Source: a virus. Taken from it: a DNA stretch of 64,000 nucleotides. This document shows positions 54,860 to 63,802 of this stretch, piece after piece. The notes under the pieces were generated by a model. The model was not told the DNA's origin, did not search any database, and saw only the letters and a program-made list of their open reading frames with translations. The stretch is from the IMG/VR virus record IMGVR_UViG_3300045988_098930. The stretch is one strand, 5' to 3'. How positions within the stretch are numbered: position 1 is the stretch's first letter; each line of letters opens with the position of its first letter. The translations under genes were made by a program, and so were the position numbers.

Positions 54860-55060
54860 CTACCAGTGTTTTTCTGTATACAAATCTGTGATAGTGACGT
54901 GCAATGCCCGCGCAATAGCCACCAAAGTCGATAGTCGCGGGTCTTCCATATTGTTTTCGATACGTGTAATTGTAGACTGACTGACGCCTGACTTCTTCGC
55001 CAGCGCCGCTGTTGTGATATGACGCTCTGTGCGTATTTGCGCCAACCGACTTATTATCAT
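54860..55060 (-). CDS. XRE-family HTH transcriptional regulator
   Basis: 66 aa. ITTAALAKKSGVSQSTITRIENN is a classic Cro/CI-type HTH. Confidence 0.75.
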   Translation of the reverse strand: MIISRLAQIRTERHITTAALAKKSGVSQSTITRIENNMEDPRLSTLVAIARALHVTITDLYTEKHW

Positions 55061-55171
55061 AGGATGTAGTATGCGCTCATTACCTCCATCTCCATACTAC
55101 ACCCAGCGGCAATGCAAATTCGCATTAAAAAAGACCGGCAATGCCGATCTAATGTTGATTCCCTATGGATT

Positions 55172-55699
55172 TTACTTTCGTATGGGCTGGCCGTTTTCGT
55201 CAAATCGCTCAGGGAAGAACCTCTTATAACCTTCCAAGGTTAGATTCCACTTTGACATTGCAGGCCATTTAGGATTTTGAATGTCTTTGCGGAACTCTTT
55301 GTGTGCCTCGATAAACCCGATAAATGGATTGTGCGTATAGACACTCCAATTCTTGTCCCAACTCTGTTCACTCATTGGCATAAACCCGTCTGCCATTAAC
55401 TCCCTATCGGCCATACCAGCGGCGTAAGCTTGCTGCAAACAATAGCTACATTTCAGGTCTTCTTGGAACTTTTCAGGAACCCAGCTAAAATCGTCGTCAG
55501 CAAACCGAGATAAATAAACCTGTTTCCGTATATGTGCCTCATAGACATCCTGACGGCGCAGCAATCCTCGGTGCTCTGCGTCCTGTGCTTTTCTTTTTTG
55601 ATCCTGTTTGGCTGAAACAGCGCCAGCGCCCAGCATAGCACCAGCCACCACACCCCTTATTACACGTTCGCCAGATGATTTGACCTTTGGATTGAGCAT
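55172..55699 (-). CDS. hypothetical protein with Gly-rich hydrophobic N-terminal segment
   Basis: 175-aa ORF. Confidence 0.5.
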   Translation of the reverse strand: MLNPKVKSSGERVIRGVVAGAMLGAGAVSAKQDQKRKAQDAEHRGLLRRQDVYEAHIRKQVYLSRFADDDFSWVPEKFQEDLKCSYCLQQAYAAGMADRELMADGFMPMSEQSWDKNWSVYTHNPFIGFIEAHKEFRKDIQNPKWPAMSKWNLTLEGYKRFFPERFDENGQPIRK

Positions 55700-55712
55700 A
55701 CAACCGCCTCCT

Positions 55713-55982
55713 TTACATTACCGTGTCTATTGAGTCTACAATTTCATCCACTGAATTATCAAGCGTGTCTATGTTTAGTAAGATGTCTTCCATGCTGTCT
55801 ACTCGATCTTCCATTTCATAATATCTGTCTGATTCCTGCAAATTTTCTGGCATACAAAGCATACAATCTTCTTCTTCGCCCTTAGCGTCCTCTACAATGT
55901 CATACGCTATTTTAATAGATTCCTGTGCCTTGCGGAGTATAGCTTGTGCGTTTCTCAGATTTGCTCTGCGCTGATTATTCAT
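55713..55982 (-). CDS. hypothetical acidic helical protein
   Basis: 89-aa ORF. Confidence 0.45.
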   Translation of the reverse strand: MNNQRRANLRNAQAILRKAQESIKIAYDIVEDAKGEEEDCMLCMPENLQESDRYYEMEDRVDSMEDILLNIDTLDNSVDEIVDSIDTVM

Positions 55983-56006
55983 AAAAATGCCGCCTTTCTT
56001 TTGATT

Positions 56007-56243
56007 TTACCACGAAGTACGAACAAAGTCGAGAAAATTTTGCGCTTGGGTTTTCGGTGCGTGCCACACACCTTTATTGTCCCCCATCTTAGGGTCGTAA
56101 CCCACTGTATACAGCGCTCCGCTCTGGGTGCGTTCAAACCCACCCGCATCCCACGCTATAAGCAAATCGCCCTTCAATAACTGTGTGACCGTCCCCACAT
56201 TATTATGCTGACCTTTGTGAATAACTCTATCTCCGAGCTGCAT
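56007..56243 (-). CDS. hypothetical protein
   Basis: ATG 56243 after TAGGAGGG. The track start at 56291 lacks an SD. Confidence 0.45.
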   Translation of the reverse strand: MQLGDRVIHKGQHNNVGTVTQLLKGDLLIAWDAGGFERTQSGALYTVGYDPKMGDNKGVWHAPKTQAQNFLDFVRTSW

Positions 56244-56377
56244 ATACCCTCCTATCCGGCAATCAAGTGTCCCGCACCCGTTTATTGCCATGCGTTTTTA
56301 GTCTGTTTTTGCCTATCTACTCAATGAATGAAAGAGGTTTCGTTTTAGCTGACCAACCTATCTACTGCGATATTTAA

Positions 56378-56406
56378 ATTTTAATTTTCACTGTCCAGTT
56401 ATTCAA
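56378..56406 (-). promoter_or_regulatory. candidate promoter
   Basis: On the - strand: TTGAAT, 17 nt, TAAAAT. Followed by two AGTAGATAGG direct repeats. Confidence 0.4.
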
Positions 56407-56420
56407 ATTTGACCGTAGAA

Positions 56421-56600
56421 TTAACATACACGCCACAGACCGCCGTTGCATCTCTCAATGACGACAGTGCCGTACTCAGACAGTTCAGGGGTATCCTCAT
56501 TTTCAACCCAAGCGAAAGCATAAAACTGTTTGGCGTCGTATTCTGCCAGCGTGTCGCCATCCTCATCTGTGGCCAATAGATAGGTCGTGAAACTTGACAC
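56421..56600 (-). CDS. orphan 59-aa ORF abutting the right end of TnpB element 1
   Basis: Protein-like frame (..YLLATDEDGDTLAEYDAKQFYAFAWVENEDTPELSEYG..). It opens directly after a TGA. The only start is a GTG fused to GAGGA with no spacer. A different frame from track ORF 56399..56635. Confidence 0.35.
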   Translation of the reverse strand: MSSFTTYLLATDEDGDTLAEYDAKQFYAFAWVENEDTPELSEYGTVVIERCNGGLWRVC

Positions 56601-56760
56601 TCCTCACAGCTAAAGCCGGAGGATTCTCGGTTCAACCACCACCGCCTGCATCTGCGAGGTCTTACACGGTGTCCCCAAGCGTATAGGTTCGGGCATGTCC
56701 CGCCCTACCGTATATATTAGCTACGCCAGCAGGCGCAACCCTTCGTTCAAAATGTTCTTC
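56585..56760 (-). ncRNA. candidate omega (right-end) guide RNA of TnpB-1; boundaries approximate
   Basis: The region overlapping and following the tnpB 3' end shares blocks with the equivalent region of TnpB-2 (GTAAGACCTC, GGCAGGATGAGCCGAA vs GGCGGGACATGCCCGAA). Established TnpB biology places the omega RNA here. Confidence 0.35.
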
Positions 56761-58005
56761 GCGGCGTTTATATCCCGGTCGTGGACAGCACCGCACTCCG
56801 GGCACGTCCAGATGCGCACGGACAGGTCTTTCGTGCCTGACCACTGTGCGCCGCAGCAGGAACAAGTTTGGCTGGAGGGGTAGAAGCGGTCTATCGTGAC
56901 CACGGTTTTCCCATACCATTTGGCCTTGTACTGCAACTGTCTGCGGAACTCGCCCCACCCGGCGTCGGAGATGGGCTTCGCCAAACGGTGGTTTTGTACC
57001 ATGTTCTTCGGAGCCAAGTCCTCAATGCAGATGACGCCGTTGTCACGGATAAGCTGGGTGGACAGTTTGTGCGCTGCGTCCTGCCGCTGGTTGGCAATAT
57101 GCTCGTGAAGCCGTGCTACCTGCAATCTGGCCTTTTCCCAGCGGTTACTCCCCTTTGATTTTCGGGAGAGTTGCCGTTGGAGACGCGCCAGCTTCTTTTC
57201 AGACTTCGCAAGGTACTTGTGATTCGGATACTCTACACCATCAGAGGTAATTGCAAATGCTTTCAAACCCATGTCAATACCGACAACCGCCCCTGTAGAT
57301 GGCAACGGCTCCATATCAACATCTGTACAGCACAGGGCTACAAAATATTTTCCGCTTGGGGTCTGGCTGACGGTTGCGGACAAAATACGCCCCTCTACAG
57401 GTTTGCTGATCCGGCATTTTACCTTTCCCAGCTTGGGGAGCTGTACAGCACCTTCCAATACTTTGATATTTGCGCCCATGCACCTGCTCTTATAGCTTTG
57501 TCGATGGTTTCGTTTGCTTTTGAATTTTGGGTATCCGGGTTTCTCGCCCTTTTTGACCCGCCGAAAGAAGTTCTGATAGGCTGTATCCAAATCCCGTAGA
57601 GAAGATTGCAGGGCAGTTGCGTCAACTTCCCGTAGCCAGATGGTTTTCTCCTGTTTCTTCAGAGATGTCAGGTCTTTGTCTTGCATGAATCGTGTGGGAG
57701 ATTTTTCTGTTTCCCTGTATGCTTCTATTCGCTGCGCAAGATAGTGATTCCATACAAAACGACAACATCCAAATGTCCGGTGTATCTGTTGTGCTTGTGC
57801 GATATTAGGATAGATACGGAATTTGTAGCTATATTCCATTTCAGAACCTCACACATTTTTCTGGTGCTCTATGTACTGCTTAATGGCTGACAATAGCGCA
57901 CCGCCAACAGCAGATACACAAAAACGGTGTGGCTTATATCCCCATAGTTAAAGCAAGGGGCTTTACGCCACTTATGATAAAAACACCGGCTATTTGCCAG
58001 TGTTA
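56603..58005 (-). mobile_element. IS200/IS605-family tnpB-only (IS1341-like) element 1; ends approximate
   Basis: TnpB ORF plus about 120 nt at the 3' end and about 165 nt at the 5' end. GC visibly higher than the flanks. No tnpA. Confidence 0.35.
56721..57839 (-). CDS. tnpB: TnpB RNA-guided endonuclease (IS605 OrfB family), copy 1
   Basis: 372 aa. N-terminal [25 protein letters not shown]. RuvC residues in [24 protein letters not shown]. Zn finger CSCCG..CPECG. Confidence 0.85.
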   Translation of the reverse strand: MEYSYKFRIYPNIAQAQQIHRTFGCCRFVWNHYLAQRIEAYRETEKSPTRFMQDKDLTSLKKQEKTIWLREVDATALQSSLRDLDTAYQNFFRRVKKGEKPGYPKFKSKRNHRQSYKSRCMGANIKVLEGAVQLPKLGKVKCRISKPVEGRILSATVSQTPSGKYFVALCCTDVDMEPLPSTGAVVGIDMGLKAFAITSDGVEYPNHKYLAKSEKKLARLQRQLSRKSKGSNRWEKARLQVARLHEHIANQRQDAAHKLSTQLIRDNGVICIEDLAPKNMVQNHRLAKPISDAGWGEFRRQLQYKAKWYGKTVVTIDRFYPSSQTCSCCGAQWSGTKDLSVRIWTCPECGAVHDRDINAAKNILNEGLRLLA

Positions 58006-58074
58006 TTTTGGTTTCATTTTGGATTCCTTGTGGATTTGGGTTTGTTAGAATTTTTTATTTCTCACTCGTCTCCG

Positions 58075-58209
58075 TTAATTCTGCATCACCCAGACACGAT
58101 AATCAGTCGCAGACATTACAACCCAGCCGCCGTCAACCTCAACTACTACTTCGTCACCACGGCAGTTTTCAAGCGCTTCTTCGTAAGTATCATAATGTAT
58201 CATTGTCAT
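58075..58209 (-). CDS. small hypothetical protein (44 aa)
   Basis: ATG 58209 after GGAGGA. MTMIHYDTYEEALENCRGDEVVVEVDGGW... Below the track cutoff. Confidence 0.4.
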   Translation of the reverse strand: MTMIHYDTYEEALENCRGDEVVVEVDGGWVVMSATDYRVWVMQN

Positions 58210-58239
58210 ATCCTCCTCTCTTATATGGTTACTTGTGCC

Positions 58240-58686
58240 TTACTCAATGTTATCTATGGCTCTCCACTCATTGTACAGTTTGATTCCCCACTGGCCGCAC
58301 AACGACCAATCTCGATTATCTATCCAATATTTTGCGTCGGTATGAGTGTGTAGAATCCATGTTATGTAACGCAACCCCGTGTCGGTGGGTTCGCGGACCA
58401 TCAACTCATCTATTTTTGCTTTGCGGATTGTAGTTGCCCACGCCACTTGTTTCGGCGACCCGCTCAATTCAGGCCAGCCCACTGCTCTACTCTCCTGCGT
58501 CGCCTTCTCGTTGGCCGCCTCCCGCTCTGCCTGTTGACGGGCTTTGTAACATTCGGAGCACTCGTCATAATGCTCGGTCGCCCACTGCTCCCACTCATCG
58601 GCATCACGGCGATTCCGGCAAATTTTAGTTGCTGTATAGACTTTTCCGCAAGTTTTGCAAGTACATTCCGCTGTTGCCTTTGCCAT
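58240..58686 (-). CDS. hypothetical Zn-ribbon protein
   Basis: CTCKTCGK...C...CSEC. 148 aa. Confidence 0.5.
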   Translation of the reverse strand: MAKATAECTCKTCGKVYTATKICRNRRDADEWEQWATEHYDECSECYKARQQAEREAANEKATQESRAVGWPELSGSPKQVAWATTIRKAKIDELMVREPTDTGLRYITWILHTHTDAKYWIDNRDWSLCGQWGIKLYNEWRAIDNIE

Positions 58687-58723
58687 TTCTGTGTCCTCCT
58701 ATGCTGCTATATGACAAACCTTT

Positions 58724-58927
58724 TTATTCTTCTATCCTAATTGCACTGGCGTTATATTGTTGTTTGTACCAATCCGCATAGCGCATAATATTCAGCACGT
58801 CGTCCTTAGTTAGTGGTGATGCAAATTCCTTGGAAGATACAAAATCAAAACAATTATCACCTTGCTTACGATACCATATTTTTATTCCATTATCTATTCC
58901 ATACGGATTCAGTAAACAAACATACAT
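58724..58927 (-). CDS. small hypothetical protein
   Basis: ATG 58927 after GGGAGG. 67 aa. Confidence 0.45.
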   Translation of the reverse strand: MYVCLLNPYGIDNGIKIWYRKQGDNCFDFVSSKEFASPLTKDDVLNIMRYADWYKQQYNASAIRIEE

Positions 58928-58999
58928 ATTTTACCTCCCAACCAATCAATTATATCGGATATTCAACCTTTTGTGTGTTCCTTGTGCATAGCATGAAAG

Positions 59000-59190
59000 A
59001 ATATACCATTCGCATTGGTAATTCTCAGGTACACACGCGAGGTCGATTCCTGTTTCGCAGACCGCGCCTTTCGCCGTGAGGCGGGAGGTCTTACCAGTCT
59101 CCACAGGCGTAACTTTCGGCTCATCCTGCCGTAGTAGGGTTTGCTGGTTACGCTGCGGTGCAGGTATCCTTTGCCTTTCTTAAAATATTG
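59000..59190 (-). ncRNA. candidate omega (right-end) guide RNA of TnpB-2; boundaries approximate
   Basis: Same argument as for TnpB-1. GC-rich, hairpin-prone sequence (GCCTCACGGCGAAAGGCGCGGTCTGCG) between the tnpB stop and the next gene. Confidence 0.3.
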
Positions 59191-60333
59191 ATTGCCGCGT
59201 TGATGTCGCGGTCGTGGTGTGCGCCGCACTGGGGACAGGTCCACGCACGAACCTTTTCATCCTTCACAGCGGCGTTCTTGTAGCCACAAGTGCTGCAAGT
59301 CTGGCTGCTGGGATAGAACCGGTCAATTTGGAGGCACGTGCGTCCCGCCCACAGTGACTTGTACTCCAGCATCCGGAAGAACTCAGCCCAAGAGACATCA
59401 GCCACAGCCTTCGCCTTCCGGTGGTTCTTGACCATACCCTTAATGTTGAGGTCTTCCACTGCGATGACTTGGTTCTCGTCAACGAGTTTCCGACTCAGCT
59501 TATGGGTATAGTCTCGACGCTGATTTACAACACGTTCGTGGATGGTTGCTACCTTGCGCCGCTGCTTCTCATAGTTGGAAGAGCCCTTCCGCATACGGGA
59601 CAGCTTGCGCTGTTCACGGGCCAGCCTCTTCTCACTATGGATTAAGCAGTGAGGGTTCTCATAGGTGTTGCCATCACTGTCGGCGGCAAATACATGAAGC
59701 CCAACGTCAATGCCGACCTCCGTGTTTAGCACCGGCAGCGGTTCAACTTCCTCTTTACAGAGAACGGACGCCCAATACTTACCGGTGGCACTACGGGACA
59801 CCGTGATATTTACCGGAACTCCGGTAACGGCACGTTTATCCTTACCGCGCTTTACCTTCCCAATCGAGGGAATCTGGACAAACTTCTCGGTCACAATGAC
59901 CGAGCCATCTGTGGTAAAGCTCTGCTTGGGATTCTTCCGCCCCTTAAACCTCGGATATCCCGCCTTGCCCTCGCCTTTTTTGCAACGACGGAAGAACCCG
60001 TCGTAGGCGTCGCAGAGGTGCTGTATCGTATAATTCAGGGCGTGCCGGTTGCAGCTACCCAGCCAAGGAAGATATTCCTTCATCTCCGTCAGGAGTTTCG
60101 TCATACCGTAATATGAGAGGCTTTCGCCACGGCGCTGGTATGCCTTGGACTTCCGCTCAAGGAAATGGTTCCACACGAACCGGCAGCACCGAAAGGTGTT
60201 CTCAATCGCCGCTGCCTGAGCTTCTGTGGGTTTGATGCACAACTTGTAAGCCCTATAGATTTCCAACGTTCACACTCCTTTCTGTAGAATTATTCATTTT
60301 CCTTGCATAGACCCCACACTAAAGCTGGAATAG
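59024..60333 (-). mobile_element. IS200/IS605-family tnpB-only element 2; ends approximate
   Basis: Occupies the whole intergenic space between small gene 60334-60468 and gene 58724-58927. No tnpA. Confidence 0.35.
59148..60266 (-). CDS. tnpB: TnpB RNA-guided endonuclease (IS605 OrfB family), copy 2
   Basis: 372 aa. TTG start after [41 protein letters not shown]. Roughly 40-45% identity to copy 1 by eye. Confidence 0.85.
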   Translation of the reverse strand: MEIYRAYKLCIKPTEAQAAAIENTFRCCRFVWNHFLERKSKAYQRRGESLSYYGMTKLLTEMKEYLPWLGSCNRHALNYTIQHLCDAYDGFFRRCKKGEGKAGYPRFKGRKNPKQSFTTDGSVIVTEKFVQIPSIGKVKRGKDKRAVTGVPVNITVSRSATGKYWASVLCKEEVEPLPVLNTEVGIDVGLHVFAADSDGNTYENPHCLIHSEKRLAREQRKLSRMRKGSSNYEKQRRKVATIHERVVNQRRDYTHKLSRKLVDENQVIAVEDLNIKGMVKNHRKAKAVADVSWAEFFRMLEYKSLWAGRTCLQIDRFYPSSQTCSTCGYKNAAVKDEKVRAWTCPQCGAHHDRDINAAINILRKAKDTCTAA

Positions 60334-60468
60334 TCATTATATTCCCAATTCCTTAATCACGCCACGGTAGTACCACTTAGTATTTTCCTCAACGACCTCC
60401 GGCAGCGGCGCACCGTTCTGACAATGATGTCGCTGGAAGTTCTGGCATGGAGTGAAACATCTTTTCAT
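60334..60468 (-). CDS. small hypothetical protein (44 aa)
   Basis: ATGA overlap with the upstream stop. MKRCFTPCQNFQRHHCQNG... Confidence 0.35.
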
Positions 60469-60755
60469 TTGCGTGTATCCTCCTTTGACCATGTATTCCA
60501 ATCTTCATACAATTCATTTTCTTTCTTCTCTTGTTCTGCTATTTTTTGCGCTTCTTCATCAGAAATCACGCCGCAACCTATAAGCGCACATAGAAAACTC
60601 AAAAATATCACACCATAACAACCCCCAAAAAACAGTATGCACGCTCTATCGTCTTCAGGGACAATAAAATATAACAACAATAAACCAGCACCAACAATCA
60701 CAAAAAACTTCGCCCAACCCTTTAAATCTTGATCAGTGAATGGCTGTTTATCCAC
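60465..60755 (-). CDS. small membrane protein (two TM helices)
   Basis: FFVIVGAGLLLLYFIV and GVIFLSFLCALIGCGVI, then an acidic tail. Confidence 0.5.
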   Translation of the reverse strand: MDKQPFTDQDLKGWAKFFVIVGAGLLLLYFIVPEDDRACILFFGGCYGVIFLSFLCALIGCGVISDEEAQKIAEQEKKENELYEDWNTWSKEDTRK

Positions 60756-60758
60756 ATT

Positions 60759-61592
60759 CTATTCCTCCTCATTAAATTCTTCTCGTAATGCTTCAGCAAA
60801 CCCCCAATCATATTGATCAGCGGTTAATCCACAAATCTCGCACACTTCTTCTTTATCTATACCAATATAACACAAGGTAATCGCTTCACTGCTATGCCCT
60901 AACTCCTTACACAGCATTGACAACGCTCTGTACCCACGCTCTCGACTAAGCGCATTAGCCTGTGTGTAAAATTGATACGCATACGTTTTCCTCAGTGTGT
61001 GCGAACCATACAGCCGTGTGTCCAACCCCAATCTCTGCGCTGCTGGACGAATAATATTATCATTCAGACTCTTACGCAATATGTGGCCGGTGCTATCTTG
61101 GCTCCAAAACAAATAGTCGTTTGAACCAATTTTTAAATCCTCCACGTATCTGGCTACCATATCTGCCAGTCTGCTATCCAATTTAATCTCTCTGCCTTTA
61201 TTTGTTTTCTGTTCAATGACATATAGTGCATCGCGGGGGGAACCGTCAGCTTTGAAGAATTGGTTCGCCTTTAATTTTACCAAATCCCCAGCTCGAAGTC
61301 CAATGCTAATTCCCGTGCGGAACAACACCCCATTTCTATACGCTGTCTTTTTTCTCGGTGCGTTTAATAATGTTTGCTCAAACGCATTGATTTCCTCCAA
61401 TGTTTTCAACGGCACTTTAGTATGTTTACTTTTAGGCACATACCGTTGTTTGGTGGTGCGTGGCGTAGGTATCAAACCGAACCCGCACTGTCCGCAAAAT
61501 TTGTGGTCGCCATCATTTTCATATCCGCACTGAGGGCAAATCAAAATCCTCGACGGCGTTACAATCCGTGGTTTGAACTCTAAAACAGCCAT
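60759..61592 (-). CDS. tyrosine recombinase with N-terminal Zn ribbon
   Basis: CPQCG..CGQCG. Catalytic signature GLRAGDL (Arg), HTLRKTYA (HxxR), LGHSSEAITLCYIG (His, Tyr). 277 aa. No arm-binding domain evident. Confidence 0.75.
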   Translation of the reverse strand: MAVLEFKPRIVTPSRILICPQCGYENDGDHKFCGQCGFGLIPTPRTTKQRYVPKSKHTKVPLKTLEEINAFEQTLLNAPRKKTAYRNGVLFRTGISIGLRAGDLVKLKANQFFKADGSPRDALYVIEQKTNKGREIKLDSRLADMVARYVEDLKIGSNDYLFWSQDSTGHILRKSLNDNIIRPAAQRLGLDTRLYGSHTLRKTYAYQFYTQANALSRERGYRALSMLCKELGHSSEAITLCYIGIDKEEVCEICGLTADQYDWGFAEALREEFNEEE

Positions 61593-61728
61593 GCGTTTTT
61601 ACCTCGTTTTTCCTGATTGTTTACTGTGTTTGAAAGATCCTTCTTTTTGGTCGTAGGATTTATCGTCTCAGATATGTTAAGTCCATTTTTGTGACACTGG
61701 ACACTGCAAAAACAGCGTAGAATTGATG

Positions 61729-61956
61729 TTACTCTGTCGGTGGTACATAGTTTCGCTTAATAGCGGCTTCAACCTCTGTCCAAAAGTCAAACGAACTTAG
61801 CAGACATCGTGCAGCCTTGTCTACATCCTCATCTATTGCTTCCATTAGGCCATACAACTGTTCTTCTTCGTCAATCACTATCTGCCCCTTACCTTCAAGA
61901 TAACCCAGATAGTTAGCGACACTAATCAGGTTTAAGTCACCCATTTTAAATGCCAT
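61729..61956 (-). CDS. small hypothetical acidic protein
   Basis: 75-aa ORF. Confidence 0.45.
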   Translation of the reverse strand: MAFKMGDLNLISVANYLGYLEGKGQIVIDEEEQLYGLMEAIDEDVDKAARCLLSSFDFWTEVEAAIKRNYVPPTE

Positions 61957-62174
61957 CTCACATTTGCCTCCTTGTCTATTTTACCATATTACTCTTACCA
62001 CACGCAGCATTTTTTGAAACGCTTTCTGATTCCTTATGGATTTGGATGTGTAGCTGCCCACAAATTAAACTCTACCCACGTCATATTCGCCCAAACATTG
62101 TCAATTTGTACCGTGATTTCATTAGGACCGCACTCCCGTACAGCTTCTTCCTGCGTATTGTACTGTTTCATAAC

Positions 62175-62390
62175 TTATCCCTTCTTTTCTAAATTACAAA
62201 AGAAATCATCTTCCGTGAACGTCATGCCGTCATAATATTCAAACAGTGTTTCATCTGATATATATTCCGGCGCTTCTGCCAAATCGTCCCAATATGCAGG
62301 CTCGTCCGATCCCTCCTTCATCACACAGATATAGCTCTGTTTAAGTTCATCTAATTCTTCACGGGTCAAGTCTTGAACAACACGATTCAT
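62175..62390 (-). CDS. small hypothetical acidic protein
   Basis: ATGA overlap with the upstream stop. In frame with track ORF 62175..62414. Confidence 0.45.
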   Translation of the reverse strand: MNRVVQDLTREELDELKQSYICVMKEGSDEPAYWDDLAEAPEYISDETLFEYYDGMTFTEDDFFCNLEKKG

Positions 62391-62617
62391 TCTACTCTCT
62401 CCTTTCCATAACACTCAGGGCATAGAATCAAATCCTCACTGTGCATCATCTTCCAATATGCGTTCGTCCCTATGGTCTCTATAAAGCATTTCGTACAAAA
62501 CGTACCGCCGCACCGTTCGCAACCCCACAACTCCCCATGTATATCATCATGGTCATCCCACTCACCTTCAAATCCGCATATATCACAAACGTAAGTATCT
62601 GACTCCATTAGATACAT
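62387..62617 (-). CDS. small Zn-ribbon protein
   Basis: CDICG...CERCG..C..C...CPEC. Confidence 0.45.
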   Translation of the reverse strand: MYLMESDTYVCDICGFEGEWDDHDDIHGELWGCERCGGTFCTKCFIETIGTNAYWKMMHSEDLILCPECYGKERVE

Positions 62618-62826
62618 ACTTCCCCCTCCTCGATTGTGATTTTATACTCTTTGCCATTCTGCAAAGTGATATACACTGTGTTACGCTGGTCATCCCATAT
62701 TGTGAATCCCTCACAATTTAACACTTCGTTAAAAGTGTCGTAATAACCTTCTGCCAACAGACTGTCTTCGCTCCAAAAGTCCTCATTTAACCCCCAAGCA
62801 ATTGTATCGCGGATATGTTTTATCAT
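62608..62826 (-). CDS. small hypothetical protein
   Basis: 72-aa ORF. Confidence 0.45.
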   Translation of the reverse strand: MIKHIRDTIAWGLNEDFWSEDSLLAEGYYDTFNEVLNCEGFTIWDDQRNTVYITLQNGKEYKITIEEGEVCI

Positions 62827-63176
62827 TGTATTCCTCCTTCAGAAATTCTGGCATTAGTTTCCTTCTCGCACTTTGTTACAGCCGCCGCCAAGTCTTGCAA
62901 CATCGCATATATATCTTCCGCATCCTCACACAATTCACGTACACTTGGTATGCCGCTGTCATGTTGACGTGCCTGCACCCACATCTCTATATGTTCGTCA
63001 ATATCCCAAGTGGCAGCGTATTCCCTAATCTCATCCGTCAGACTGCGTTTATCAAACGTCATAGCTAAATCCTCACCAGCAGGAGACCACCTCTCTAATG
63101 TGATGTCATCACCGTAATCCGTCCACATCCACCCTAAATCCTCACACACTTCTCGTATCTTGTTTTCGATTGCCAT
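62823..63176 (-). CDS. hypothetical acidic protein
   Basis: ATG 63176 after AGAGGGG. In frame with track ORF 62823..63233. Confidence 0.45.
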   Translation of the reverse strand: MAIENKIREVCEDLGWMWTDYGDDITLERWSPAGEDLAMTFDKRSLTDEIREYAATWDIDEHIEMWVQARQHDSGIPSVRELCEDAEDIYAMLQDLAAAVTKCEKETNARISEGGIQ

Positions 63177-63248
63177 GACAAACCCCTCTTTTCTATTAAA
63201 TACAAAAACACCAAATCCAGTCGAGCATTTCACACATTTCCCATAATC

Positions 63249-63521
63249 CTAAATTTCACCATCAGTGACAACTTCGACATATCCATATAGCAAGACAGCA
63301 TTCAGCTCACCCATATCAAGCTTGCGGTTGTTGTAATCTTCACGAAAATAACTTGCCGCATCTTTACCATACGGGTTTTGTACAACATCATAACCAAATG
63401 TATCGTCCTCAATTAACTGAGCGATAAGCTGTTTTAATTTTGTAACAGAAGTCGTTGCTGTAATTATGCGCATTGAGTCGGTCGTCTTCCAGATATCACA
63501 AGAGCAAATAATGTAAATCAT
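63249..63521 (-). CDS. small hypothetical protein
   Basis: 90-aa ORF. Confidence 0.45.
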   Translation of the reverse strand: MIYIICSCDIWKTTDSMRIITATTSVTKLKQLIAQLIEDDTFGYDVVQNPYGKDAASYFREDYNNRKLDMGELNAVLLYGYVEVVTDGEI

Positions 63522-63544
63522 TTTAACCTCTCCTTTTTTTTATT

Positions 63545-63802
63545 TTAAATTTGCAGATATTTGCTGACATCCACATCAATAAGTTGCCCCAACGCACGCA
63601 TAGCTGCCTTGAAAGAGTTGTACTCTGCGGAGGTATCGTATTCGGTTGCGGATGTCTCAAGCACCGCTTCTGCCAGTATCCCATTAAATTCATCACTGTC
63701 AAGGTCGTCTTCATCCCAGCCATACATAGCAATCAGTATCTCGCGTTCATCTTCATCGACATCTTCATTGAGATAGATGAATCCGTGAGCCACGCGGAAC
63801 AA
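63545..63802 (-). CDS. small acidic protein (start uncertain)
   Basis: TTG start without an SD. Separated by a single in-frame TAG from an upstream 39-codon ORF that has an ATG. Confidence 0.4.
   Translation of the reverse strand: MFRVAHGFIYLNEDVDEDEREILIAMYGWDEDDLDSDEFNGILAEAVLETSATEYDTSAEYNSFKAAMRALGQLIDVDVSKYLQI

Noticed and set aside
56399-56635. 78-aa track ORF downstream of TnpB-1.
   Set aside because: It overlaps the presumed omega-RNA/right-end region, and its sequence is not protein-like. An alternative frame (56421-56600) is more plausible and is reported instead.
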